Assembly (NCBI GenBank): GCA_963741205.1
Contig: CAVUHW010000032.1
Location: 1-26,482 of the forward strand
DNA length: 26,482 nucleotides
Source: Nitrospirota bacterium
Lineage (GTDB): Bacteria > Nitrospirota > UBA9217
Direction: 5' to 3'
The notes below the pieces were generated by a model. The model saw nothing but the letters and a program-made list of their open reading frames with translations. It did not search any database and was not told the DNA's origin. Below are positions 9,026-17,247 of the stretch, one piece after another (the first letter of the stretch is position 1; each line of letters opens with the position of its first letter). The position numbers and the translations under genes are program-made.

Positions 9026-9058
9026 AAAAGAGAGCGCCCTGTATTGCGACAAGGCGCT
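9026..9058 (-). terminator. Probable terminator after the giant cytochrome gene
   Basis: 10-bp stem AGCGCCTTGT/ACAGGGCGCT (one G-U pair) followed by CTCTTTT on the minus strand. Confidence 0.55.
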
Positions 9059-9079
9059 TTGTATCGCCTGACTACATAG

Positions 9080-11623
9080 TTACCATGTATGCGAGCCATG
9101 GCAGGAGTTCGAACAGGAGCGTGTGGTCGGATTCCAGCCCGGTGTGCTTCCGCTCGCGATGTTTACCACGCCGTTGTTGTGAGTTGCCGTATTCACGGTC
9201 GTCTTGCTGTAACCCGTACCGTGGCAGGTGCTGCACGACAGCCCTTCTGAGTTCACGTGGAGTGAGTGATGGCCGGTTGCCGGCGGGATGGAGTGGCAGG
9301 AACCGCACGTCGGTGTAGGCGTTGGTGTAGGCCCTGCTGTCGTCCCCAGGGCAGTCGCTATCGCCTGGATCTGCGTTGTCGTGAGGGATATAGAGCTCAT
9401 CTGGCTCACGCTCGAGAGGGCGGAGCTGATCGTAGAGGCTGAAGCGCCGCGTACGCTGCTACTCGCAAGTGCACCGTGGCACGAGCTGCAGTAGCTGGTA
9501 TAAAGCGCTGCACCGTCTGTCGGTGCAGGAGTCGGCGCCGTGGCCAGCGCAGTAGCGATGGACTGGATCTGCGCTGCCGTGAGGACCGAGAGTGAGCTCA
9601 TTTGGCTCACGCTGCCTATGGCAGTCTGGATCTGAGTGGCCGTTCTTCCAGCCTTGGCGCTCGCGGCCAGCGTTCCGTGACACGAACTGCAGTACGTGGT
9701 GTAAAGCGCAGCTCCGTCAGTCGGCGCAGGCGTTGGTGTTGGCGTCGGCGACTGCGTTCCTGTCGTTCCCAGGGCAGTCGATATCGCTTGGATCTGCGTA
9801 GACGTGAGGGAGATGGCTCTCATCTGACTCACGCTCGAAAGGGCGGAGCTAATCGTAGAGGCTGAAGCGCCGCGGACGCTGCTACTAGCAAGTGCGCCGT
9901 GGCACGAACTGCAGTAGCTGGTATAGAGCGCAGCGCCGTCTGTCGGTGCAGGAGTCGGCGCAGTGGCCAAGGCAGTAGCGATGGCCTGGATCTGCGTAGT
10001 CGAAAGATTCGAAAGCGAGCTCATGGCGCCGACGCTGCCTATGGCTGTCTGGATCTGAGTGGCCGTTCTTCCAGCCTTGGCGCTCGCGGCCAGCGTTCCA
10101 TGACACGAACTGCAGTACGTGGTGTAAAGCGCAGCTCCGTCAGTCGGCGCAGGCGTTGGTGTTGGCGTCGGCGACTGCGTTCCTGTCGTTCCCAGGGCAG
10201 TCGATATCGCTTGGATCTGCGTAGACGTGAGGGAGATGGCTCTCATCTGACTCACGCTCGAAAGGGCGGAGCTAATCGTAGAGGCTGAAGCGCCGCGGAC
10301 GCTGCTACTAGCAAGTGCGCCGTGGCACGAACTGCAGTAGCTGGTATAGAGCGCAGCGCCGTCTGTTGGTGCAGGAGTCGGCGCAGTGGCCAAGGCAGTA
10401 GCGATGGCCTGGATCTGCGTAGTCGAAAGATTCGAAAGCGAGCTCATGGCGCCGACGCTGCCTATGGCCGCCTGAATCTGGGAGGCCGTCCTTCCCGCCT
10501 TGCTGCTCGTTGCAAGCGCACCGTGGCACGAACTGCAGTTGGCCGCATAGAGCGTTGCCCCGTCAGTTGGAGTGGGTGTTGGTGTCGGCGTTGGGGCCGG
10601 TGTAGTCGCTAATGCAGAAGCGATGGCCTGGATCTGCGTTGCCGAAAGATTCGACAGTGAGCTCATGGCGCCGACGCTGCTGATACCCGTCTGAATCTGG
10701 GAAGCTGTTGCACCCCGCTTGGTGCTGCTCGCCAATGCACCATGGCATGAACTGCAGTTGGTTGCATAGAGCGCAGCCCCATCATTTGTCGTAGGCGTGG
10801 GCGTCGGCGTAGGAGTCTGCGCGGGCGCTGATCCCAATGCTGTTGCTATAGCCTGAATTTGAGCAATCGTGAGGTTGGAGAGAGACCCCATGGCGTTCAC
10901 ACTGCCGATGCCGGACAGTATCTGGGCGGCAGTCCTTCCCTTCTTGCTGCTTGTGGCAAGGGCGCCGTGGCATGAACTACAATACGTCGCGTAAAGCGAA
11001 GCGCCGTCGGTCAGTGTTGGAGTGGGCGTGGGTGTTGATGCAGGCGTTGTCGCTAACGACTCCGCAATGGCCTGAAGCTGGGCTGTAGTTAAATTCGAAA
11101 ACTGACTCATTCCGCCTTTGTTGTTTGCAATGGCCGCCTGGATCGCGGATACCATTGCGCCGGCCTTGCCGCTTGTTGCAAGCGGACCATGGCAACCACT
11201 GCATTTTTCAGTATAAAGGGCAGCCCCGTCAAGCGACGCGGTTGATGAGGTGGGAGTATCTACCGCGTTCGTTGTGTTGGTGGGATTTGTCGTCCCTACC
11301 GTTGTCAAGGCGGACACAATTGCCTGGAGTTGCTCGGCGGTGAGGCTCCCATAGGCCCCCATGCCGCCCATGTTATGTGCAATCGCGTTTTGGATCTGGG
11401 ATATTGATGCCCCTTTCTTGCCGCTCGTGGCAAGGGAGCCATGACATCCGCTGCAGTCGCTGCTATAGAGCGCGGCCCCATCGATCGTTCCCGAGGCTGT
11501 CGTATCCGTCGAATTGCCGCTGCTGCACCCGAAAAGCGCGAAGGCCAGAATTATCGCACCGATCACAATCAGGTTGAGCACAAATAGGTTGATATTTTCC
11601 GTCTTCATAGTATCCGTTTTCAT
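9080..11623 (-). CDS. PgcA-like extracellular lipoprotein cytochrome: 10 tandem monoheme His/Met domains plus C-terminal triheme module (13 hemes, 847 aa)
   Basis: Lipobox ALFG|C. Ten repeats DGAxLYxxxCSxCHG...M...LxxxQ(I/L)Q(A/S)I joined by PT-rich linkers, then CGSCH, CSTCH, CSNSCH. Start 11623 has SD AAGGAAGG. Confidence 0.9.
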   Translation of the reverse strand: MKTDTMKTENINLFVLNLIVIGAIILAFALFGCSSGNSTDTTASGTIDGAALYSSDCSGCHGSLATSGKKGASISQIQNAIAHNMGGMGAYGSLTAEQLQAIVSALTTVGTTNPTNTTNAVDTPTSSTASLDGAALYTEKCSGCHGPLATSGKAGAMVSAIQAAIANNKGGMSQFSNLTTAQLQAIAESLATTPASTPTPTPTLTDGASLYATYCSSCHGALATSSKKGRTAAQILSGIGSVNAMGSLSNLTIAQIQAIATALGSAPAQTPTPTPTPTTNDGAALYATNCSSCHGALASSTKRGATASQIQTGISSVGAMSSLSNLSATQIQAIASALATTPAPTPTPTPTPTDGATLYAANCSSCHGALATSSKAGRTASQIQAAIGSVGAMSSLSNLSTTQIQAIATALATAPTPAPTDGAALYTSYCSSCHGALASSSVRGASASTISSALSSVSQMRAISLTSTQIQAISTALGTTGTQSPTPTPTPAPTDGAALYTTYCSSCHGTLAASAKAGRTATQIQTAIGSVGAMSSLSNLSTTQIQAIATALATAPTPAPTDGAALYTSYCSSCHGALASSSVRGASASTISSALSSVSQMRAISLTSTQIQAISTALGTTGTQSPTPTPTPAPTDGAALYTTYCSSCHGTLAASAKAGRTATQIQTAIGSVSQMSSLSVLTAAQIQSIATALATAPTPAPTDGAALYTSYCSSCHGALASSSVRGASASTISSALSSVSQMSSISLTTTQIQAIATALGTTAGPTPTPTPTCGSCHSIPPATGHHSLHVNSEGLSCSTCHGTGYSKTTVNTATHNNGVVNIASGSTPGWNPTTRSCSNSCHGSHTW
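9609..10468. repeat. Near-identical 423-bp tandem duplication (two heme domains per unit)
   Basis: 9609-10045 matches 10032-10468 at offset 423 with only a few substitutions seen; a more diverged partial copy lies at ~9340-9600. Confidence 0.9.
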
Positions 11624-11765
11624 AGTATCTGTCCTTCCTTCAAATCCTAAATGGCTTGTACTCCATCCCGTCACGGTGCCGAACTGCTCTTTTGTAATTG
11701 CTCCACTCAAAGAAAGACGATGAAAATATGATGGCTTTTTCTGCACTCTTACGCTTGCTATATAA

Positions 11766-11782
11766 TGCAACTTAAATGCCAG
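11766..11782 (-). promoter_or_regulatory. sigma54 (-24/-12) promoter of the giant cytochrome gene
   Basis: Minus strand CTGGCATTTAAGTTGCA = GG-N10-GC, with AT-rich DNA upstream. Confidence 0.8.
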
Positions 11783-11856
11783 ATTAGTATTATGATGTCA
11801 TCTTATTGATATTATTAATTTAAGAGTGATTATTATAAGTACGATAAATAATCTTG

Positions 11857-11960
11857 CTGTATGGATTATTAGACAGTGATAATCCATGATAAAAGCAATA
11901 CATGTTAAAATATTAAAAAAATCAGTATGATAATAAATTGTATGCAATTACATACAATTT
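11857..11960. promoter_or_regulatory. Two TGT-N12-ACA upstream activator sites
   Basis: Perfect IR AAATTGTATG-N6-CATACAATTT (11935-11960) and CTGTATGGATTATTAGACAG (11857-11876), about 75-180 bp upstream of the sigma54 promoter. Confidence 0.6.
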
Positions 11961-12178
11961 GGTGGCAAATCCATACGAAGCAACCCTCCGATAGGGGGGG
12001 TCTACCGCGATGAATTTTCACGCGATCAAGTAGGTTTCCTACCGAATTTTTAACGCATCCCGATGACAGCCCCCCCGTTTGACATCTCCCTGAATCAAGC
12101 ATGTATTCATACAGTGGAGCTACCCCTCGCTGGCTAGCAACCCTGTTCATGATTATTCCTCTTAGGATCTAAATTCAT

Positions 12179-12709
12179 ATGTCTCTAAGGTGCAGAACCT
12201 GCGAGGCGGGCTGCAAGCAGGAATTCGACGTCCCGGTCGGCACTCGCCGCAGGCGGGTGATCATCAGGGAAGAAGGGACCTATCCCAATGTGAAGGTGCG
12301 CTACATCTCCACGGCCTGCAATCACTGTGAAGAGCCGTCGTGCATGAAGGCTTGTCCTGTTCAGGCGATCAGCAAGGAGCCCGAGTTCGGCGTTGTGCTG
12401 ATCGACCAGGGAAAGTGCATAGGCTGCAAGAGATGCGCGGCGGCATGCCCGTACGGCGCTCCTACCTTTGACGAAAAAAAGCAGAAGATGGATAAATGCA
12501 CGTTCTGCATTCACCGGTTGAAAGAGGGGCTACCTCCCGCCTGTGTCAGGACCTGCCCAGGTTATGCCTTATGGCATGGCAAGATGTCAGATATCGAGGC
12601 ACAGACGACTCCCGATGAAATTTTCAGGAGACCGCTCAAAGACCGGCTGCCGGAATTTGCAGATCCCAAACTTACGATACCGTCGGTTAGATTCTCAGAG
12701 AACAAATGA
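12179..12709 (+). pseudogene. 4Fe-4S electron-transfer subunit (DmsB/PsrB/TtrB family), 5'-truncated
   Basis: CRTCEAGC lacks the first Cys and the usual N-terminal strand. CNHCEEPSCMKACP, CIGCKRCAAACP and CTFC...PACVRTCP are intact. Confidence 0.75.
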
Positions 12710-12721
12710 ACGGAGTTTTGA

Positions 12722-12749
12722 GGTGGAGCGGACGCCTGTCCGCTCCACC
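12722..12749. other. Intergenic stem-loop
   Basis: Perfect 12-bp stem GGTGGAGCGGAC/GTCCGCTCCACC with no U-tract on +; possibly stabilises mRNA. Confidence 0.6.
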
Positions 12750-12762
12750 AGAAATTTAAAAT

Positions 12763-13347
12763 ATGGATACCATGATAATGGACCCTTCCAGGGCGCTCAG
12801 CCTGCTCTCCAACATCTACCTCTGCAAGCCGTCACAAGAGGCCATCGAGGAATGGACAGCATTGCTCGCCGAGGACACGTCGATTTTTCTTCAGGAGCTG
12901 AAAGAAGCCGCGAAGGCGTGTGAAATAAATTCGAAGAACGATCTGGATGATGTCCTCCGGGAATACACACGTCTTTTTATCGGACCCTACAAACTGCCGT
13001 GTCCGCCCTGGGAATCGGTGTATACTTCTTCTAAGAGGCTGATGATACAGGATGCGGCTGAGGAAGTTCAGAAATTGTACCGGGAGGCCGGATTGACGAT
13101 CAATAGCCCGAATATCATGCCTGACCATATCGGGGCTGAGCTGAACTTTCTTGCCGTCCTGTTTGAGAAGATGGGCCGGGAAACAGAAAATAAAGAACTG
13201 TACGTGGACACGATCAAGAGATTTATGGAGGACCATCTCTTGAAGTGGGTACCCCGGTTCACTCGTGATATGGAAGAGGCGACAGACAGCCCGTTCTATA
13301 AGGCACTGGCGCGGACGACGAGAACGCTGCTGGAAACGATCGGATGA
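12763..13347 (+). CDS. TorD/DmsD-family molybdoenzyme maturation chaperone
   Basis: EYTRLFIGP, PPWESVY, PDHIGAELNFL, FMEDHLLKW. Confidence 0.92.
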   Translation: MDTMIMDPSRALSLLSNIYLCKPSQEAIEEWTALLAEDTSIFLQELKEAAKACEINSKNDLDDVLREYTRLFIGPYKLPCPPWESVYTSSKRLMIQDAAEEVQKLYREAGLTINSPNIMPDHIGAELNFLAVLFEKMGRETENKELYVDTIKRFMEDHLLKWVPRFTRDMEEATDSPFYKALARTTRTLLETIG

Positions 13348-13373
13348 TAGTTCTCGGGCAGGGAGAAGGCAGA

Positions 13374-13976
13374 ATGATCAAAGAAAATCAAACAATAAGG
13401 ACGCCTGATTTTGAGACGCTCTTGCAGGAGTCCGTGAAGACGCACGGCCACCTCTGCGCCGGTCAGGTGCTAGGCGTCCGCATGTCCCTGCTCGGGCTCC
13501 GGGAGATCGGCATCAGAGATCCGAAGGGAAAGGATCGAAAAAACCTGATTGTGTTCGTTGAGATGGACCGGTGCGCTACCGACGCGGTCCAGTCCGTGAC
13601 GGGCTGCAGCCTTGGCAAGAGAAGCATGAAATTCATGGACTACGGCAAGATGGCCGCGACGTTCCTGAACCTGAAAACAGGCAAGGCAATGCGGGTCATT
13701 GCCCGCGAGGATTCGCGGGAGCAGGCAAAAGAATACTTCCCCGACATTGATAACAAATACGCGGCTCAGCTTGAAGCGTACAAGGTCATGGCCGATGGTG
13801 AGCTTTTCGACGTGATGGAAGTTGCCGTGAAGATTCGTCCCGAGGACATGCCGGGGAGGCCGATGCGCAGGGTGCGATGTGACTCCTGCGGGGAGCATGT
13901 CCAGGACATGCGGGAGGTTTATCAGGACGGCAAGGTCCTGTGCGTTCCCTGCGCTCAGGCGGCTATTACGAAGTAA
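13374..13976 (+). CDS. FmdE-family protein with C-terminal zinc finger
   Basis: HGHLCAGQVLG, EMDRCATDAVQSVTGCSLGK, CDSCGE...CVPC. Alternative start at 13344; the last codons may be frameshifted. Confidence 0.88.
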   Translation: MIKENQTIRTPDFETLLQESVKTHGHLCAGQVLGVRMSLLGLREIGIRDPKGKDRKNLIVFVEMDRCATDAVQSVTGCSLGKRSMKFMDYGKMAATFLNLKTGKAMRVIAREDSREQAKEYFPDIDNKYAAQLEAYKVMADGELFDVMEVAVKIRPEDMPGRPMRRVRCDSCGEHVQDMREVYQDGKVLCVPCAQAAITK

Positions 13977-13996
13977 AAGAATCTTTTTTAGGGGTG

Positions 13997-14019
13997 CGTT
14001 ATGCAAAAAAGCCATAACG
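13997..14019. promoter_or_regulatory. ModE-box-like palindrome overlapping the regulator's start codon
   Basis: CGTTATG-N9-CATAACG perfect inverted repeat. Confidence 0.55.
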
Positions 14020-14363
14020 GTCTTGATATAGGTCAAAGATATGGATCGAAGTAGGCGGTGAGCCGGTTTTTGGCCGGGGCAGGCGATTTCTGCTGGAGGC
14101 CATAGACACCCACGGTCGATCAACCGGGCCGCGCAGGAAGTCGATATTTCCTTTCGCAAGGCATGGGGCCATATCAAAGCGATGGAGGACCGGCTGGGCG
14201 TGAAACTCGTCGAGCGGCAGACCGGGGGCAAGAACGGCGGCGGCGCCGTCTCACCAATGATGCGCGCGAGTTTCTGAAGAAATATGAAGCGCTGGAAAAA
14301 GGCATACAAGAGATCGTTGATGAACGTTTCAGGACGATATTCAAGGGAGGGTCCCATGTGTGA
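14001..14363 (+). CDS. Single-domain ModE-like winged-helix regulator (three apparent frameshifts)
   Basis: Reconstructed across frames: ...SKIWIEVGGEPVFGRGRRFLLEAIDTHG/INRAAQEVDISFRKAWGHIKAMEDRLGVKLVERQTGGKNGGGA/LTNDAREFLKKYE. Shifts near 14030, 14116 and 14249. No molybdate-binding TOBE domains. Confidence 0.8.
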
Positions 14364-15429
14364 CGACGCGCATGAAAGCCATGGTTCCACCATGAAGGCA
14401 ATACCCGTCAGCCAGGCCGTCGGCACGGTCCTTGCCCATGATATTACGGAGATACGGCCCGGCGAGTTCAAAGGTCGTGCATTCAAAAAAGGGCATATCA
14501 TCAGGGAAGAGGACGTCTGTCACCTTCAGCGGCTCGGCAAGGAACACCTCTTCGTGCTTCAGGTCGCTGAAGACGAGATGCACGAGAACGACGCGGCATA
14601 TGCGATCGCCAGGGCGCTCATGGGCGAGGGGGTCGCGATCAAGGGCGAGCCGAAGGAGGGGAAGATCAGCATCGTTGCCGAGCGGGACGGGCTCCTGAAG
14701 ATAGACCGTGACGCGCTGCTTGAGTTCAATATGCTGGGCGAGGTCATGTGCGCAACACTCCATGACAATACGCGTCGTGAAAAAAGGCCAGACAGTCGCG
14801 GGCACGAGGGCGATACCTCTGGTAGTAAAGAAAGCATGTCGTTGAACCGGCGGTTCGCATATCGGCGCTCAACAGCGTCAGGCCGGTATCATTGAGGTGA
14901 AGGAGATTCGAAAACCGAAGGTGGGCGTCGTTATCACCGGGAATGAAGTCTATCACGGCAAGATCAAGGACGCATTCGCACCGGTCATTACGAAGAAGAT
15001 CGAAGAGGTCGGTGGGGAACTTGTCGGCGTCTATTATGCGCCGGATGATAAGGCGTTCATCGTGGACAGGCTCCGGGAACTGTTGAATGCCGGGGCTGAC
15101 TGCTGATCACCACGGGCGGCATGTCCGTTGACCCCGATGACGTAACGCGGTTCGCGATCAGGGAACTCGGCGCTACAGAATAACTTATGGCTCAGCCGTT
15201 CTGCCCGGGAGCCATGTTCCTTATCGCTTATCTCGATTCCATTCCGATTATCGGCATTCCCGCCTGCGGCATGTACGCGAAAACCACGATCTTCGATCTG
15301 ATCCTTCCCCGTGTTCTTGCCGGTGAGAAGATCGGACGGAAAGAGGTTGCAGCACTCGGCCACGGCGGTCTGTGTATGAAGTGCGACGTGTGCAGGTATC
15401 CGGTCTGTCCCTTCGGGAAGCTGGGATAG
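14356..15429 (+). CDS. MoeA-related molybdopterin-binding protein (multiple apparent frameshifts)
   Basis: AVGTVLAHDITEIRPGEFKGRAFKKGH, TVAGTRAIPL, VVITGNEVYHG, TTGGMSVDPDDVT, PGAMFL, GGLCMKCDVCRYPVCPFGK, spread over several frames. Confidence 0.8.
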
Positions 15430-15642
15430 AATTTATGAAAATCACATCACCGAATTTACCGATGGATCAGAATAAAGTCTTCAGCGATTTGTTCATGCTT
15501 TGGAGGGCGGGTCCTCATTCCATCCTGCCAAGTCCCTCCCATGCCGCAGATCGGGGGATAAAAAGAGCGACCCTTTCTGCGCGCCCACGTCGACGTGCCG
15601 CCAATTGTCATTTCAACATAACCCCGCATCCCAACAGCACAC

Positions 15643-15670
15643 TTGACAAACACGTGCCCGGTGATAACCT
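15643..15670 (+). promoter_or_regulatory. Possible sigma70 promoter for the torD-B-A operon
   Basis: TTGACA (15643-48), 16-bp spacer, TAACCT (15665-70) preceded by TGn. Confidence 0.4.
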
Positions 15671-15782
15671 TTAGATTATTGCCCCCCTTTATTCCTTCTA
15701 GTTAAAACAGCCCAGGTTCTGCCCCAAAGTATTATTACGGGCGGAAAGGACGGGCTCGTATTTGAAAACCTCTGGAGGAACC

Positions 15783-16481
15783 ATGCTTGAAGAGAAAGTG
15801 GAAAGGTCGGGCATAACAAAAGGCAGAAGCGGCGTTTACCATCTCCTCGCCTCGGCCTACCTGAAAGAGGCGACAACCGAGTTCCTCGCTATATTGAAAA
15901 GCGAAGCGGTCGCGGACGCGCTCCAGGAGCTTGGCATAGACCTGGGCCGTGCGCTGCCCGACACACCTCAGCACATCCTGCTGAACGATCTTGCCGAAGA
16001 ATACGCCGCATTGTTCATTGTGCCGGGCGGCATTCCTCCCTACGAATCCGTTCGTCTGCACGGCATGTTGAACCAGAAACCCTCTTGGGAGGTCGAGGAA
16101 TTTTACCGGAGCTGCGGTCTTGTGATCAAAGACGAGTGCCGCATACTGCCCGACCATCTCGGCATGGAGCTTGAATTCATGGCGTACCTGGCTGAAAAGG
16201 AGGGTGGTGCGCGGCGGCGCGGGGATGAAAAAGAGTCTTCGAAATGGTCCGGATTTCAGGAGGAGTTTTTCCGGGGCCATCTGGATCCGTGGGCTTTCGA
16301 TTTTCTGCGGGATTTGCAGAGACTCGCTTTTCATCCTTTTTATAAAGGGGCTGGTTCCTTGATCGTACACTTCCTGGAGACGGAGAAAGAATACTTCGGC
16401 AGCCTGAATGCCAGCGCAGCGAACGGGTTGCCGCAAGACGAAATCAACGACGTTTCTTTACTGAGAGGAGGACAACCATGA
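15783..16481 (+). CDS. Second TorD/DmsD-family chaperone
   Basis: EEYAALFIVP, PPYESV, PDHLGMELEFMAYL, FFRGHLDPW. SD GGAGG before ATG 15783. Confidence 0.9.
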   Translation: MLEEKVERSGITKGRSGVYHLLASAYLKEATTEFLAILKSEAVADALQELGIDLGRALPDTPQHILLNDLAEEYAALFIVPGGIPPYESVRLHGMLNQKPSWEVEEFYRSCGLVIKDECRILPDHLGMELEFMAYLAEKEGGARRRGDEKESSKWSGFQEEFFRGHLDPWAFDFLRDLQRLAFHPFYKGAGSLIVHFLETEKEYFGSLNASAANGLPQDEINDVSLLRGGQP

Positions 16482-17235
16482 GCGATAGAAAAGAAAGACC
16501 TGACCAGGAAGGAATTCCTTACCCTATCCGCTGCTGCGGGGGCCGCGCTTGTCGCCTCCGCTGGCGAGGCCCGGGCGGCAGGGATGAAAAAACCAAAGTG
16601 GGCGATGGTGATGGACGTGCGGCGATGCATCGGCTGCCATGCCTGCACCGTCGGGTGCAAGGCGGAGAACGACGTGCCCCTCGGCGTGTGGAGGACCCAT
16701 ATCCGGACCTACGAGAAGGGCAAGTATCCCCACGCAAAACGATATTTTTTCCAATGGATCTGCAATCACTGCGGAAACTGCGCCGAGGCTTCACAGGGCG
16801 CGGGCCTCGGAAGTTTCTCCAGGCGGGAGCGACGGCATCGTCATCTTCGACTATAAAAAATTGCAGGGGAAAACAGCTGCCCAGATCAAGGCCGAGGCCG
16901 ACCTCGTCATATCGGCCTGCCCGCTGGAGGCGATCTACGTGAATCCTTTCACCGGCTTTCCCGAGAAATGCACCTTCTGCGTCCATCGGGTGGAAAAGGG
17001 ACTTGTCCCTGCCTGCGTGCAGACCTGCATCCCGCGGGCGAGGGTCTTCGGCGACCTTTCGGACCCGGACAGCGTTGTTTCAAAGCTCATCGCCTCGAAC
17101 CCGACGAAAAAGCTATGTGCTGACGGCATAGTGTACTACATCGGCGCGGAAGGCCACCAGATCGATTCGATCAGGGGCAACAGGCAGGTTGATCCTCAGG
17201 ATTTCGATAAAGGCATTCTCACCCAGTATCTCTAG
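16478..17235 (+). CDS. Tat-signal 4Fe-4S subunit (TtrB/ArrB/PsrB-like), two apparent frameshifts
   Basis: Reconstructed signal ...KKDLTRKEFLTLSAAAGAALVASAGEARA, then CIGCHACTVGC, CNHCGNC, ACP, CTFCVHR...PACVQTC. Shifts near 16490 and 16825. Confidence 0.8.
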
Positions 17236-17247
17236 GAGGCGCTGGCC

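Noticed and set aside
9300-11500. CRISPR-like repeat array
   Set aside because: The repeats are in-frame coding domains without unique spacers; no cas genes.
11624-11770. 49-aa N-terminal extension of the giant cytochrome
   Set aside because: ATG 11770 lies inside the sigma54 promoter; the SD and signal peptide point to 11623.
13470-14501. 343-aa minus-strand ORF
   Set aside because: Antisense shadow of the FmdE, ModE-like and MoeA-like genes.
15104-15106. TGA as selenocysteine in the MoeA-like gene
   Set aside because: Homology continues in another frame (LITTGGMSVD), so this is a frameshift.
15700-15765. Moco/Wco riboswitch before the second torD
   Set aside because: A nested hairpin is present, but I cannot recognise the conserved Moco motif elements; an Rfam scan would decide.
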